This document shows positions 27,102-36,686 of a stretch of 64,000 nt of DNA, one piece after another. Numbering within the stretch: the stretch's first letter is position 1; every line of letters begins with the position of its first letter. This DNA comes from Alphaproteobacteria bacterium (GTDB lineage Bacteria; Pseudomonadota; Alphaproteobacteria; MPNO01). A program made the translations under genes and the position numbers. The stretch spans positions 288,001 to 352,000 of the forward strand of contig CBDFLJ010000001.1 in the NCBI GenBank assembly GCA_965248835.1, read 5' to 3'. The notes beneath the pieces are model-generated. The model was not told where the DNA came from. It did not search any database and saw only the letters and a program-made list of their open reading frames with translations.

Positions 27102-28292
27102 ATGAAGGTGACGATGTTTCACCTGATGCCCTACGCCCACATGGACATGGCGGTGCGGGCACGGCACAAATCCGCCTGGGTGACGTTCCCGAACTCCCAA
27201 TTCGACCCCAGGAAGGGGGCGGCGCTCTACAACCGCTATCTCGACGAGCTGGAGCTCGCCGCCGAGCTCGGTTTCGACGGGGTCAGCGTCAACGAACACC
27301 ACCAGAACGCCTACGGGCTGATGCCCTCGCCGGTCGTCATGGCCTCGGCGCTTGCACGGCGGACCACGGACTGCAAGATCGCGATCCTGGGCAACGCCTT
27401 CGGGCTTCGCGACCACCCGCTGACCCTGGCCGAAGAGCACGCGATGCTGGACTGCATCACCGGCGGGCGGCTGATCACCGGCCTGGTGCGCGGCATCGGC
27501 GCGGAGTTCTACTCGCTGGGCTCCAACCCGACGCTGAGCCACGAGCGCCACACCGAGGCGCACGACCTGATCGTCCGCGCCTGGACCGAGACCGGCCCGT
27601 TCGCCTTCGAGGGCAAGCATTTCCACTTCGAATACGTCAACATCTGGCCCAGGCCCTACCAGAAGCCGCACCCGCCGATCTGGTGTCCGTCACTGGGCTC
27701 GACGGAAACCATCGAATGGGCGGCCCACCCCGACCGGCGCTACGTCTATCTGCAGAACTACAGCGCCTTCGATGCCGTCAGCCGCTTCCTCAACGCCTAC
27801 CGCGCGGTGTGCGAGGACAAGTACGGCTATACCGCCTCGTCCGAGCAGATCGGCTGGACCGCGCCGGTCTACGTCGCCGATACCGACGAACAGGCCGTCG
27901 CCGAGGCGAAGGAGCATATGGAGGCGCTGTTCAACAAGTTCCTGGCACTGCCCTTCGAGGTGCTGTTCCCGCCGGGATATCTCACCAACGCCTCCTACAA
28001 GCGGGTGCGCGCACACAAGGGCTCGATCACCGGCGCGCAAGACCTGGAGGCGATGATGAAGCTCGGCATCGTCATCGTCGGCAGCCCCGATACCGTGCGT
28101 GCGCGCATCCTGGAATGCCACCGCATGCTCGGATTTGCGAACTTCATCGCGCTGCTCCATTTCGGGACCCTGCCCGCCGCGCTGACCGAGCGGAACATCC
28201 GGCTGTTCGCCGAAGAGGTCATGCCCGCACTCAAGCCGATCGACGATGCCGCGTACCGCGGCTTCGAGCGCGCGCGCAGCGCGGCCGAGTAG
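27102..28292 (+). CDS. Luciferase-like (LLM) flavin-dependent monooxygenase
   Basis: GFDGVSVNEHHQNAYG.MPSP, LAEE.AMLD, WPRPYQKPHPP, VGSPDTV. Confidence 0.9.
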   Translation: MKVTMFHLMPYAHMDMAVRARHKSAWVTFPNSQFDPRKGAALYNRYLDELELAAELGFDGVSVNEHHQNAYGLMPSPVVMASALARRTTDCKIAILGNAFGLRDHPLTLAEEHAMLDCITGGRLITGLVRGIGAEFYSLGSNPTLSHERHTEAHDLIVRAWTETGPFAFEGKHFHFEYVNIWPRPYQKPHPPIWCPSLGSTETIEWAAHPDRRYVYLQNYSAFDAVSRFLNAYRAVCEDKYGYTASSEQIGWTAPVYVADTDEQAVAEAKEHMEALFNKFLALPFEVLFPPGYLTNASYKRVRAHKGSITGAQDLEAMMKLGIVIVGSPDTVRARILECHRMLGFANFIALLHFGTLPAALTERNIRLFAEEVMPALKPIDDAAYRGFERARSAAE

Positions 28293-28298
28293 GCGGCC

Positions 28299-29066
28299 AT
28301 GCTCGACCGGCTCAAGTTCGGCGGCGCGCCGGTGATCGTAACCGGCGCGGGATCGGGGATCGGACAGTCCTGCTGCGAGGTGCTGGCCGAGCTCGGCGCC
28401 ACGGTGATCCTGGTCGGCAAGACCATGGAGAAGCTGGCGCAGACTGAGGCGCTGATCGCGCCCTCGGGGGCGGCCTGCAAATCTTTCGAGGTCGATGTCT
28501 CGGTCGAGGACCAGGTGATTGCCCTGGGCGAGGCCGTCGCCGCGGAATTCGGCCACGTCAAGGCGGTGATCAACAACGCCGGCACCAATTTCGTCAAGAA
28601 GATCACCGATCTGGAGACCGCGGACTGGAACCGCATCATCGCGACCGACCTGTCCAGTGTCTTCTACATGTGCCGCACCTTCATCCCGATCCTGCGCAAG
28701 GCGCCGCGCGGCGGCGCGATCGTCAACGTCGCTTCGACCTTCGGGCTGATCGGCCATCCCGAGATGCCGGTCTATTGCGCCGCCAAGGGCGGGCTGGTCT
28801 CGCTCACCCGCCAGCTCGCGGTCGATTACGGCGCCGAGAACATCCGGGTCAATTCGCTGTGCCCGGGCGCGACGCTTTCGCCGCGGGTCAGGCAATATCT
28901 CGACTCGGGCATGGTCGATGCCAAGGCGGTCGAGGCGATGGCGCTGCTCGGGCGGCTCGCGACCTGCGAGGAAGTCGCCGATGCCGCCATCTTCCTCGCG
29001 TCCGATGCTGCCTCCTACATCCACGGCACCGCGCTGGTCGTCGACGGCGGCCAGACGATCCATTAG
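28299..29066 (+). CDS. Short-chain dehydrogenase/reductase
   Basis: TGAGSGIG, NNAG, YCAAK, IRVN...PG, VDGG. Confidence 0.92.
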   Translation: MLDRLKFGGAPVIVTGAGSGIGQSCCEVLAELGATVILVGKTMEKLAQTEALIAPSGAACKSFEVDVSVEDQVIALGEAVAAEFGHVKAVINNAGTNFVKKITDLETADWNRIIATDLSSVFYMCRTFIPILRKAPRGGAIVNVASTFGLIGHPEMPVYCAAKGGLVSLTRQLAVDYGAENIRVNSLCPGATLSPRVRQYLDSGMVDAKAVEAMALLGRLATCEEVADAAIFLASDAASYIHGTALVVDGGQTIH

Positions 29067-29183
29067 CGTCGATCCGGTCCGCGCCGGGGCGGCGTGCGAA
29101 GCCCCGCCTCGCAGCGCGCTTTACCCCGCGGCGCAATTGCGTCAGGCTGGGATCGTGGCCAACGGAACGATGCCGCAGCGAAC

Positions 29184-29666
29184 ATGGGCATGAACTTCTT
29201 TCAAACACTGCTTCGGCCCGATCTCGAAGAAGAGCCGGACAAGGCGCTGGTCGCGCGCGCCGCCAATCTCGTCCAGGTCGGCGAGTTCCAACTTCTCCAG
29301 CTCGCCTACCGCGAATGGCACGGTGAAGACCTGCCCGATGCGATGACCGGCCGGCTGTTCAGACAGTACATGCTCAACAACGGCGTGCCGGCCTGGGCCC
29401 GGCACTACGCCCGGCAGATTGTCGAGCTCGACCGCCACGGCCGGCTCGACGACCGCGACCCCCGGTTCCACCGCTACGATTGCGACTACGGGTCACTGGC
29501 ACCGCGCAGCGTCCACCGGTTCGCGCTCGCTGCCTCGATGATTGCCGTCGTGCTGTTGGGCGGGGTCGTCATGGGCGATTTCGCCACCGGAGACGGTCAC
29601 TCGATCCTGCCCCCTTATTTCGACGAAAATGAACTCTCACCGCCCGGCGCCAAGCCCGCCTCCTGA
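29184..29666 (+). CDS. Hypothetical protein with one C-terminal transmembrane helix
   Basis: Coding-like codon usage; GEFQLLQLAY..W and VPAWARHYAR blocks; hydrophobic segment near the C-terminus. Confidence 0.65.
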   Translation: MGMNFFQTLLRPDLEEEPDKALVARAANLVQVGEFQLLQLAYREWHGEDLPDAMTGRLFRQYMLNNGVPAWARHYARQIVELDRHGRLDDRDPRFHRYDCDYGSLAPRSVHRFALAASMIAVVLLGGVVMGDFATGDGHSILPPYFDENELSPPGAKPAS

Positions 29667-29712
29667 GCCGATTGCGGCGCGGCCGGCGGCAAGCCGCTCC
29701 TAGGTCGGCGGC

Positions 29713-29913
29713 ATGTTCGAGTTCGCCGGCGCATATGAAGACGCGTTCAACTGGGTGTTCCTCGCGGTGACCGCGATCATCGCCTGGCGCGGCGTTCGGG
29801 CGCGCAACCCGGACGGCAGCACCGACTTCGTGCATCTCCTGTTCGGCTGCATCGCCGCGGTCTTCTTCATGCTCGTCCTGTTTCAGGACGTGCTCGGCGT
29901 CGTCCGTTTCTAG
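29713..29913 (+). CDS. Small membrane protein (66 aa, 2 TM)
   Basis: Two hydrophobic helices separated by RNPDGSTD; the stop overlaps the convergent TPR gene stop. Confidence 0.65.
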   Translation: MFEFAGAYEDAFNWVFLAVTAIIAWRGVRARNPDGSTDFVHLLFGCIAAVFFMLVLFQDVLGVVRF

Positions 29914-30521
29914 GGTTTGTACATCCGCTGCTGCCGATCGATCTCGGGGACGCGAAGAAGGCGCTTGTCGGGCGGCAGCTTGAGCTGCCGGTCGAGATAG
30001 ATCGCCCGATCCTTGACCAAAGACGGGCTCGGCGTGCCGTAGAGGATCTTGTCGAACAGGCTCGGCCCGCTCAGCGCCCCCAAATCGACCGCGAGCGCCC
30101 GGACATAGTCCTCAAGCGCCAGCTCGTAGCGGGCGGCGCGGTCATGGATAATGCCGCGATTGGCGTAGGCCGCGGCCAGCACCGCGCGGCCGGTCCGGTC
30201 GTCGGCCTCGAGCCCGGTGTCGAGAAACCCGATCAGGTGGGTGAACTCGGCGACGGCCTCAACGACGCGCCCGGATTGGAGGAGCGTGATCGCCCTGCCC
30301 ATCAACGCGCCGCGGTGATTGGGCATCTCGGCGAGCGCCTTGTCGAAGCTCGCGATCGCCTCGGCGTATTTCTTCTCGCCCAGGCGGATGTCGCCCTGGC
30401 GGGTGTAATAGTCGCCGGGCGCCTCGTTGACGAACACCGCCAGGACGGCCCACAGCGAGAAGGCGGCAAACGTCGCGATGCCCGCGATGATGACGAACCG
30501 TCGAAGCACCAGGGGGTTCAT
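29910..30521 (-). CDS. Membrane-anchored tetratricopeptide repeat protein
   Basis: N-terminal TM helix; TPR patterns YAEAIASFDKAL..P, ALMGRA, AYANRG..H....Y..AL.DY..AL. Confidence 0.85.
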   Translation of the reverse strand: MNPLVLRRFVIIAGIATFAAFSLWAVLAVFVNEAPGDYYTRQGDIRLGEKKYAEAIASFDKALAEMPNHRGALMGRAITLLQSGRVVEAVAEFTHLIGFLDTGLEADDRTGRAVLAAAYANRGIIHDRAARYELALEDYVRALAVDLGALSGPSLFDKILYGTPSPSLVKDRAIYLDRQLKLPPDKRLLRVPEIDRQQRMYKP

Positions 30522-30757
30522 GGCGCCGGCGCCAGCAGGCTCGCAGTGTAAAAATAGGAGAAGACGAAGCTCAACAGCACCGCGGTCACGCCGGCCCGGC
30601 GCTTGATGGCGCGGCGCTGTTCATCGTCAACCGGGCGCTCGCGCTCGGCGCGGCGCACCTGGAGAACCCAGATCAGCCGACGGACCGGGAAGAACAGCGC
30701 CAGCGCCATCGCGGCCGCCCAGAACCAGTGATATTCGAGCGTAAACAGCGCCGTCAC
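30518..30757 (-). CDS. Small membrane protein (79 aa, 2 TM)
   Basis: GTG start with RBS ggag; two hydrophobic segments around an Arg-rich loop; ATGA overlap with the TPR gene. Confidence 0.7.
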   Translation of the reverse strand: MTALFTLEYHWFWAAAMALALFFPVRRLIWVLQVRRAERERPVDDEQRRAIKRRAGVTAVLLSFVFSYFYTASLLAPAP

Positions 30758-30792
30758 GGCCGATCTCCGCCGCCGGGCCTGTTTACGGAAGA

Positions 30793-30816
30793 CGGGGACG
30801 GCCGCAGCCGTCCCCG
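30793..30816 (-). terminator. GC-rich hairpin after the symporter gene (terminator or mRNA-stabilising stem)
   Basis: 10-bp perfect stem cggggacggc/gccgtccccg, 4-nt loop, weak U-tract. Confidence 0.5.
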
Positions 30817-30846
30817 CTTGTCATTGGGGAGATCGACGGGCGATGC

Positions 30847-32817
30847 TCAACCGGTTTGCTGGTCCGGCACGACATCGCCGATGTCATCGACCAGCGCCTC
30901 GACCTCCTTGTCCGGCACCAGCGACATCTCCATCTTGAAGGCCAGGAACCACATCATCGCCACGCCGAGGATCCAGAACAGGATCTGCCACGCCCAGATC
31001 GACGGCATTCCGAAGACCCATCCGTCGACCCCGGCGTTGGGCTCGCCGAAGACGTAGTTGCCGAGCACCGCGCCCGGGCCGATGCCGAAGAACATCCAGG
31101 CCAGGGTGACCACCCATGCCCACGGAATCAGCCGTCGCTTGTCGGCGGACAGCACGGCGTGCTCGCGCAGGAAGTTGTGGTAGGTCATCCGGTGGGCCCT
31201 TCCCGCGTCGGTCTGGGTCATCGCAGAGATGACCACGCAGACGACGACGTTGAAGAAGATGCCCCAGCCGGCGGAGTGGATCGTCCACGGCCAGCGCCCC
31301 CAACCGTCCAGGCCGACGGTCGCGAGGATCTGGATCCCGAAACTCTCGGTGAAAATGACCCCCAGCAGCCCTGCCGCCAGGCCCCATGTCGCACCCTGGC
31401 GGGTGATCCACGGCGTCCAGCACACTGCCGTCAAAGCGGGCCACATCTGGAAGCCGAAGGCGACCGCGAGCCCGCCGAGCAGCACCAGCGCGTCGCGCGA
31501 GAACGTCGCCACGAGGAGCGCCGCAAGCACGATGAAAAGCACCCCGAAGCGACCCACCAGCTTCTGCTCTTCATGCGAGGCAGTCGGTTTGAGGTAGCGT
31601 TTGTAGAGGTCGCGCGTCAGCATGCCGCCGGCGGTCGACATATAGGCCGCCCCGGTCGACTGCATCGCCGCAAGCGCACACACCGCCAGCAGCCCGACCA
31701 GCCACGGCGCGGCGTCGGCGATCTGGTTGAAGTAGTACGGCACCAGGGAATCCGGCCTTTTCGCGATATCGGCGGCGAGGACCGTGCTGAGATTGAGCCC
31801 GGCCTCGTTGACCAGGGGGTTGGCGCCGAGCAGATGCGCACCCATTCCCTGGAAGGCGGTGAAGAAGAACAGGATCAGGCCGATGCCGAAGGAAGAGGCC
31901 CACACCTGCTGGATCGCGAACGGGCGCGGGTTTCGGTTGCCGAAGGCCCACATCGAGAACGCCGGCGAGGACTGAATGCCCATCAGCGCGAACATGTAGG
32001 TCAGGCACATGATGCCGGTCCACAGCCCGCCGACCGGGGTCTCCTTGCCGAGGCCCGCGGTGAACTGGATGATCCCCGGGATCGCGAAATAGGAGTTGTA
32101 GTCGCCGCCGCCATAGCCCTTGGTGGTGCCCCATTTGGCGACGTCGCTGCCGGCGAGCTTGGCGAAACCTTCATTGAGCGCGCCCCAGCCCCCGACGAGG
32201 TCGAGCGCGATGATCCCGGTGATGACGATGCCGAGCCCCAGCAGCACGCATTGCAGCGTGTCGACATAGGCCACGGCGCGCAGACCGCCCGAGGCCACAT
32301 AGATCAGCACCACCGCCGACAGAACCCACATCCCGACATTGACGTTGAACATGCCGTCGGTCAGCACGTTGAACAGGAAGCCCGAGGCGCCGAGCTGGAC
32401 GCCGAGATAGGGGATCGAAAACAGCAGCGCTACGAGCACGGTCAGGATGCGGATCGCGTCGCCGCGGAAATAGTCGGCGAACATTTCGCCGGGCGTGACA
32501 TAGCCGAAGCGCTTGCCGAGCATCCATTGCCGCTTGAGGAAGATCACGCCGGTGAACGGGATGGTGATCGTGTAGAAGGATGCGTAGGCGTATTGGAAAC
32601 CATCGCGGTAGACGAGGCCGGGATGGCCCATGAACGTCCATCCCGAGAACGATGTCGCCGTCGCCGCCAGCACGAACACCCACATCGAGAGCTGCCGCCC
32701 GGCGATGAAGTAATCGCCCGCCGTGCGCGCCATTCTGGCGCATTTGATGCCCCAAAAGATGCAGTACGCCCAGTACAGGAGGACAAAGACAAATAGCCAA
32801 ACAACCTTCGCACTCAT
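30847..32817 (-). CDS. Sodium:solute symporter family protein with a C-terminal membrane extension
   Basis: DYFIAGR, ATSFSGWTFMGHPG, GGLRAVAYVDTLQ, LAAMQST, RDLYKR. Confidence 0.92.
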   Translation of the reverse strand: MSAKVVWLFVFVLLYWAYCIFWGIKCARMARTAGDYFIAGRQLSMWVFVLAATATSFSGWTFMGHPGLVYRDGFQYAYASFYTITIPFTGVIFLKRQWMLGKRFGYVTPGEMFADYFRGDAIRILTVLVALLFSIPYLGVQLGASGFLFNVLTDGMFNVNVGMWVLSAVVLIYVASGGLRAVAYVDTLQCVLLGLGIVITGIIALDLVGGWGALNEGFAKLAGSDVAKWGTTKGYGGGDYNSYFAIPGIIQFTAGLGKETPVGGLWTGIMCLTYMFALMGIQSSPAFSMWAFGNRNPRPFAIQQVWASSFGIGLILFFFTAFQGMGAHLLGANPLVNEAGLNLSTVLAADIAKRPDSLVPYYFNQIADAAPWLVGLLAVCALAAMQSTGAAYMSTAGGMLTRDLYKRYLKPTASHEEQKLVGRFGVLFIVLAALLVATFSRDALVLLGGLAVAFGFQMWPALTAVCWTPWITRQGATWGLAAGLLGVIFTESFGIQILATVGLDGWGRWPWTIHSAGWGIFFNVVVCVVISAMTQTDAGRAHRMTYHNFLREHAVLSADKRRLIPWAWVVTLAWMFFGIGPGAVLGNYVFGEPNAGVDGWVFGMPSIWAWQILFWILGVAMMWFLAFKMEMSLVPDKEVEALVDDIGDVVPDQQTG

Positions 32818-33034
32818 AAGGAAATTCCTCCCATTCGTGCCGTCACCGCACGACCATAGCCAAAACCCGGCTAGCGTAGCAGACACGGACTATAGTCCCG
32901 GTGATCGAATCAGGCAATGGATGGGTCGTACCCGCCCACCGGGGTGCCATTGCGCGCCGGTGGACGGGGAATATACTCCCGACCCTAACCCACCCGGGCG
33001 GCCGGAACGGGCGCCCTCGCTGAGGGAGGCCGAG

Positions 33035-35377
33035 GTGAGTGAGCGCGGCGTCGGCGCGAGCATCCCCCGCAAGGAAGATGACCGCTTTCTCATGGGGACC
33101 GGCCAGTTCGTCCCCGACGTTCAGATCCCGGGCATGTGGCATGCCGCCTTCCGGCGCAGCCAGATCGCCCACGGACGGCTGATCTCGGTACGCGCGCCCA
33201 AGGGCGCGCAAGGCCAGGTGTTCACCGCGGCCGAGATGAGCGACGTCAAGCCGATCCGCTCGACCGCCTCTTTCCCCGGCTTCAAGGGCTCCGATTTCCC
33301 GGTGCTGTCCAAGGACAAGGTCCGCTATGTCGGCGAGCAGATCGCCATCGCGGTGGCACCGACCCGCGCCGAGGCGGAGGACATCGCCGATGCGATCGAG
33401 GTCGAGTGCGAGGAACTGCCGGCCGTCGTTGACATCAACGGCTGCCGCGCGCCGTCCAGCCCGATCGTCCATGACGGCTGGGCCGACAACGTCGTCTGCG
33501 AGACCGGTTTCGAGAACGGCGATCTCGAGGCCGCCAGGAACACCGCGGTCCATACCATCACGCGCCGCTACAAGATGGCCCGCCAGACGCCGTTCACGAT
33601 GGAGGGGCGCGGCGCGCTCGCCCATTACGACGGCCGGCTCGACGAGCTGGTGGTCTGGATGTCCCACCAGCTCCCCCATCCGATGCAGCGCGGCATCGCC
33701 GCCTTCCTCGGACTCGAGGTCAACAAGGTCCGGGTGATCTGCCCCGATGTCGGCGGCGGGTTCGGCCTGAAGACCCATCTCGACGGCGAGACGGTCGCCG
33801 TCGCCTGGACCTCGCTCAAGCTCAACCGGCCGATCAAGTGGGTGCAGGACCGGTTCGAGCACCTGGTTACCGACGCCGATTGCCGCGATCACCAGTACAC
33901 CATCACCGCCTACGCCGATGAAGACGGCAAGATCCTGGGGATCGACTGCGAATGCGTGGTCGATGCCGGCGCCTATTCGCCCTGGCCGTGGCCGGTGGGC
34001 GTGGAGGCCGCGACCGGCGTGGGCAACCTCGCCGGCCCCTATGACGTCGCGGCTCTGCGCGGGCGCTCGGTGACGGTGTGCACCAACAAGCCGCCGAGCC
34101 AGCCGTTCCGCGGCGTCGCACGGCCCGGCGCCTGCTTCACCGACGAGCTGACGCTGGACTCGCTCGCCCGCGCGGTCGGCCGCGAGCCCTGGGAGGTCCG
34201 GCTCGACAATCTCGTCAGGCCCGAGCAGATGCCCTACGACAACATCACCCGCAAGCATCTGGACAGCGGCGACTACCCGGAAGCGCTCAGGCGCTGCATC
34301 GCGGCGATCGATCCGGACGCGGTGCGCGAGCGCCAGAAGACGCCCGAGCCGGACGGACGGCTGATCGGCGTCGGGTTCGCCACCTTCTACGAGCAGACCG
34401 CCTACGGCACCGGGCCGTTCGGCTATTCGGCATGGGGCATCGAGCTGGTGCCGGGCATGGAGATGGCGACGGTCAAGCTGACGCCGGACGGCGGGCTGTG
34501 GGCCTCGGTCGGCATCCAGTGCCACGGCCAGGGGTTGGAGACGACGCTCGCCCAGGTCGCTTCCAGCGAGCTCGGCATCGACCCCGACAAGATCGCCATC
34601 CGCCACGGCGATACCGCGACGGCCTATGCCGGGACCGGGACCTACGCCTCGCGCAGCATCGTGGTGGCCGGCGGCGCCGTCGCCCAGGGCTGCCGCGAGC
34701 TCGCCCCGCGGCTGGCGCGGATCGGTGCGCACCTGCTGCAGACCACAACCGACCAGGTCAGGCTCGAAAACGCCCAGGTCGTCGGCCCCAGCGGCGCGGT
34801 GAGCATCGCCGAGATCGCCGAGGCGTTCTATCACCACCCCGAGAACCTGCCCGAGGGTACCGACCGCAACGGGCTGACGGTGACCACCGGTTACAACGAC
34901 AAGGTCCATGGCGGGGTGTTCGGCTTCGGCGCTCACGGCGCGGTGGTCGCGCTCGACCCCGATACCGGACGGATAGAGATCCTCGATTACGCGATCGTCG
35001 ATGACTGCGGCACCCGGGTGAATCCGATGGTGGTCAAGGGGCAGGTGATCGGCGGCTACGCGCAAGGCATCGGCAACGCGCTCTACGAGGAATCCGATTA
35101 CGACGAGAACGGTCAGCCGCTGTCGGTGACGCTTGCCGACTACCATGTCCCGGCGGCGCCGATGGTGCCCGACCCCAAATACGACTACATGGAATCGCCC
35201 TCGCCCTACACCACGATGGGCATAAAGGGCGTCGGCGAGTCCGGCGCGATCGGCCCGGTCGGCGCGATCGGCAACGCGGTCAACGACGCGCTCAAGGGCT
35301 TCGGCGTGGAGATCAGCGAGACCCCGATCACCCCGCGCCGGCTGTTCGCCGCGCTCGAACGGGCAGGTGCGCGATGA
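33035..35377 (+). CDS. Molybdenum hydroxylase large subunit (xanthine dehydrogenase/CoxL-like)
   Basis: GTG start with RBS gggagg; RKEDDRF, DVGGGFGLK, PFRGVAR loop, HGQGLET, DDCGTRVNP, KGVGESG. Confidence 0.9.
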   Translation: MSERGVGASIPRKEDDRFLMGTGQFVPDVQIPGMWHAAFRRSQIAHGRLISVRAPKGAQGQVFTAAEMSDVKPIRSTASFPGFKGSDFPVLSKDKVRYVGEQIAIAVAPTRAEAEDIADAIEVECEELPAVVDINGCRAPSSPIVHDGWADNVVCETGFENGDLEAARNTAVHTITRRYKMARQTPFTMEGRGALAHYDGRLDELVVWMSHQLPHPMQRGIAAFLGLEVNKVRVICPDVGGGFGLKTHLDGETVAVAWTSLKLNRPIKWVQDRFEHLVTDADCRDHQYTITAYADEDGKILGIDCECVVDAGAYSPWPWPVGVEAATGVGNLAGPYDVAALRGRSVTVCTNKPPSQPFRGVARPGACFTDELTLDSLARAVGREPWEVRLDNLVRPEQMPYDNITRKHLDSGDYPEALRRCIAAIDPDAVRERQKTPEPDGRLIGVGFATFYEQTAYGTGPFGYSAWGIELVPGMEMATVKLTPDGGLWASVGIQCHGQGLETTLAQVASSELGIDPDKIAIRHGDTATAYAGTGTYASRSIVVAGGAVAQGCRELAPRLARIGAHLLQTTTDQVRLENAQVVGPSGAVSIAEIAEAFYHHPENLPEGTDRNGLTVTTGYNDKVHGGVFGFGAHGAVVALDPDTGRIEILDYAIVDDCGTRVNPMVVKGQVIGGYAQGIGNALYEESDYDENGQPLSVTLADYHVPAAPMVPDPKYDYMESPSPYTTMGIKGVGESGAIGPVGAIGNAVNDALKGFGVEISETPITPRRLFAALERAGAR

Positions 35378-36222
35378 AGCCTGCGCCGTTCGACTTCGCC
35401 CGCGCTGCCAGCCTCGATGAGGCCGTCTCGCTGCTGGCTTCGGCCGCGGGCGAGGCCCGGCCGCTGGCCGGCGGCCAGTCGCTCGGACCGATGCTCAACC
35501 TGCGCGTGGCCCGACCCGCGCTCCTGGTCGACATCTCCAGGATCGAAGCGCTCAAGGCGGTCTCCGAGGACGCTGACGGCATCACCATCGGCGCGTCGGT
35601 GACCCATGCGGCGATCGAAGACGGCGAGATTGCGGAGCTTACCAACGGTCTGATGCGCCACGCCGCCGCCGGCATCGCCTACCGCGCGGTGCGCAACCGC
35701 GGCACCATCGGCGGCAGCCTGGCCCATGCCGACCCGGCCGCCGACTGGGCGCCGGTGATGATCGCGCTCGATGCGGCGATCCAGGTGCGCGGACCGTCGG
35801 GCAGCCGCCAGATCCCGGCCGCCGCGTTCATCACCGATATCCTGTCGACCGTGCTCGAGCCCGGCGAGATCCTCGAGTCGGTCCGGGTGCCGCGGCTGTC
35901 GGGCGATGCGACCTGGGGGCACTACAAGGTTTGCGTGAAGCCCGGCGATTTCGCCGACTCGCTCGGCGTCGTCGTCCGCGACCCCGCGCGCGGGGTATGC
36001 CGGGCGGTGATCGCCGGGCCGACCCGCGCGCCGGCGCGGCTGGAATCCGTTGCCGGCCTGATCGAGAGCGCGCCGGGCTGGTCCGAAGACCTCGCCGAGC
36101 GGATCAGGGAAGCGGCTTCCGCCGACATCGCGGCCCTGTCCTTTTGCGACCCGGACGACCGCTACGCGGTGAACCTGCACCGCACCGCGATCGCGCGCGC
36201 GGCCCGGGAGGCGCTGTCATGA
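35374..36222 (+). CDS. Molybdenum hydroxylase FAD subunit
   Basis: MKPAPFD, LAGGQSLGP, VRNRGTIGGSLAHADPAAD. Confidence 0.92.
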   Translation: MKPAPFDFARAASLDEAVSLLASAAGEARPLAGGQSLGPMLNLRVARPALLVDISRIEALKAVSEDADGITIGASVTHAAIEDGEIAELTNGLMRHAAAGIAYRAVRNRGTIGGSLAHADPAADWAPVMIALDAAIQVRGPSGSRQIPAAAFITDILSTVLEPGEILESVRVPRLSGDATWGHYKVCVKPGDFADSLGVVVRDPARGVCRAVIAGPTRAPARLESVAGLIESAPGWSEDLAERIREAASADIAALSFCDPDDRYAVNLHRTAIARAAREALS

Positions 36223-36686
36223 CGGCGACCACCATGACCCTCAACGGGACGCGCGTATCCGCCGATGTCGAACCACGCCTGTCCCTGGCCGATTTCATCC
36301 GCGATCACCAGGGCCTCACCGGCACCCACACCGCCTGCGAGCACGGAGTGTGCGGGGCGTGCACGATCATGCTCGACGGCCGGCCGGCGCGGTCCTGCAT
36401 CACGCTTGCGGTGGCCGCCGACGGCGCGGAGGTGCGCACCGTGGAGGGCTGGCAGGGCGACCCGGTCATGGCGGTGTTGCGCGAGTCCTTCAAGAAGGCG
36501 CATGCGGTACAGTGCGGCTACTGCACGCCGGGCATGCTGGCGACGGCCTACGACATCCTCACCCGTCTGCCCGATGCCGACCGCGACCGTATCCGGCTCG
36601 AACTCAGCGGCAATCTGTGCCGCTGCACCGGCTATGTCGGCATCGTCGATGCGATCGAGATGGCGCTGAAGGAGGTCCACGGCTGA
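36219..36686 (+). CDS. Molybdenum hydroxylase [2Fe-2S] subunit
   Basis: [26 protein letters not shown]; ATGA overlap. Confidence 0.93.
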   Translation: MTATTMTLNGTRVSADVEPRLSLADFIRDHQGLTGTHTACEHGVCGACTIMLDGRPARSCITLAVAADGAEVRTVEGWQGDPVMAVLRESFKKAHAVQCGYCTPGMLATAYDILTRLPDADRDRIRLELSGNLCRCTGYVGIVDAIEMALKEVHG

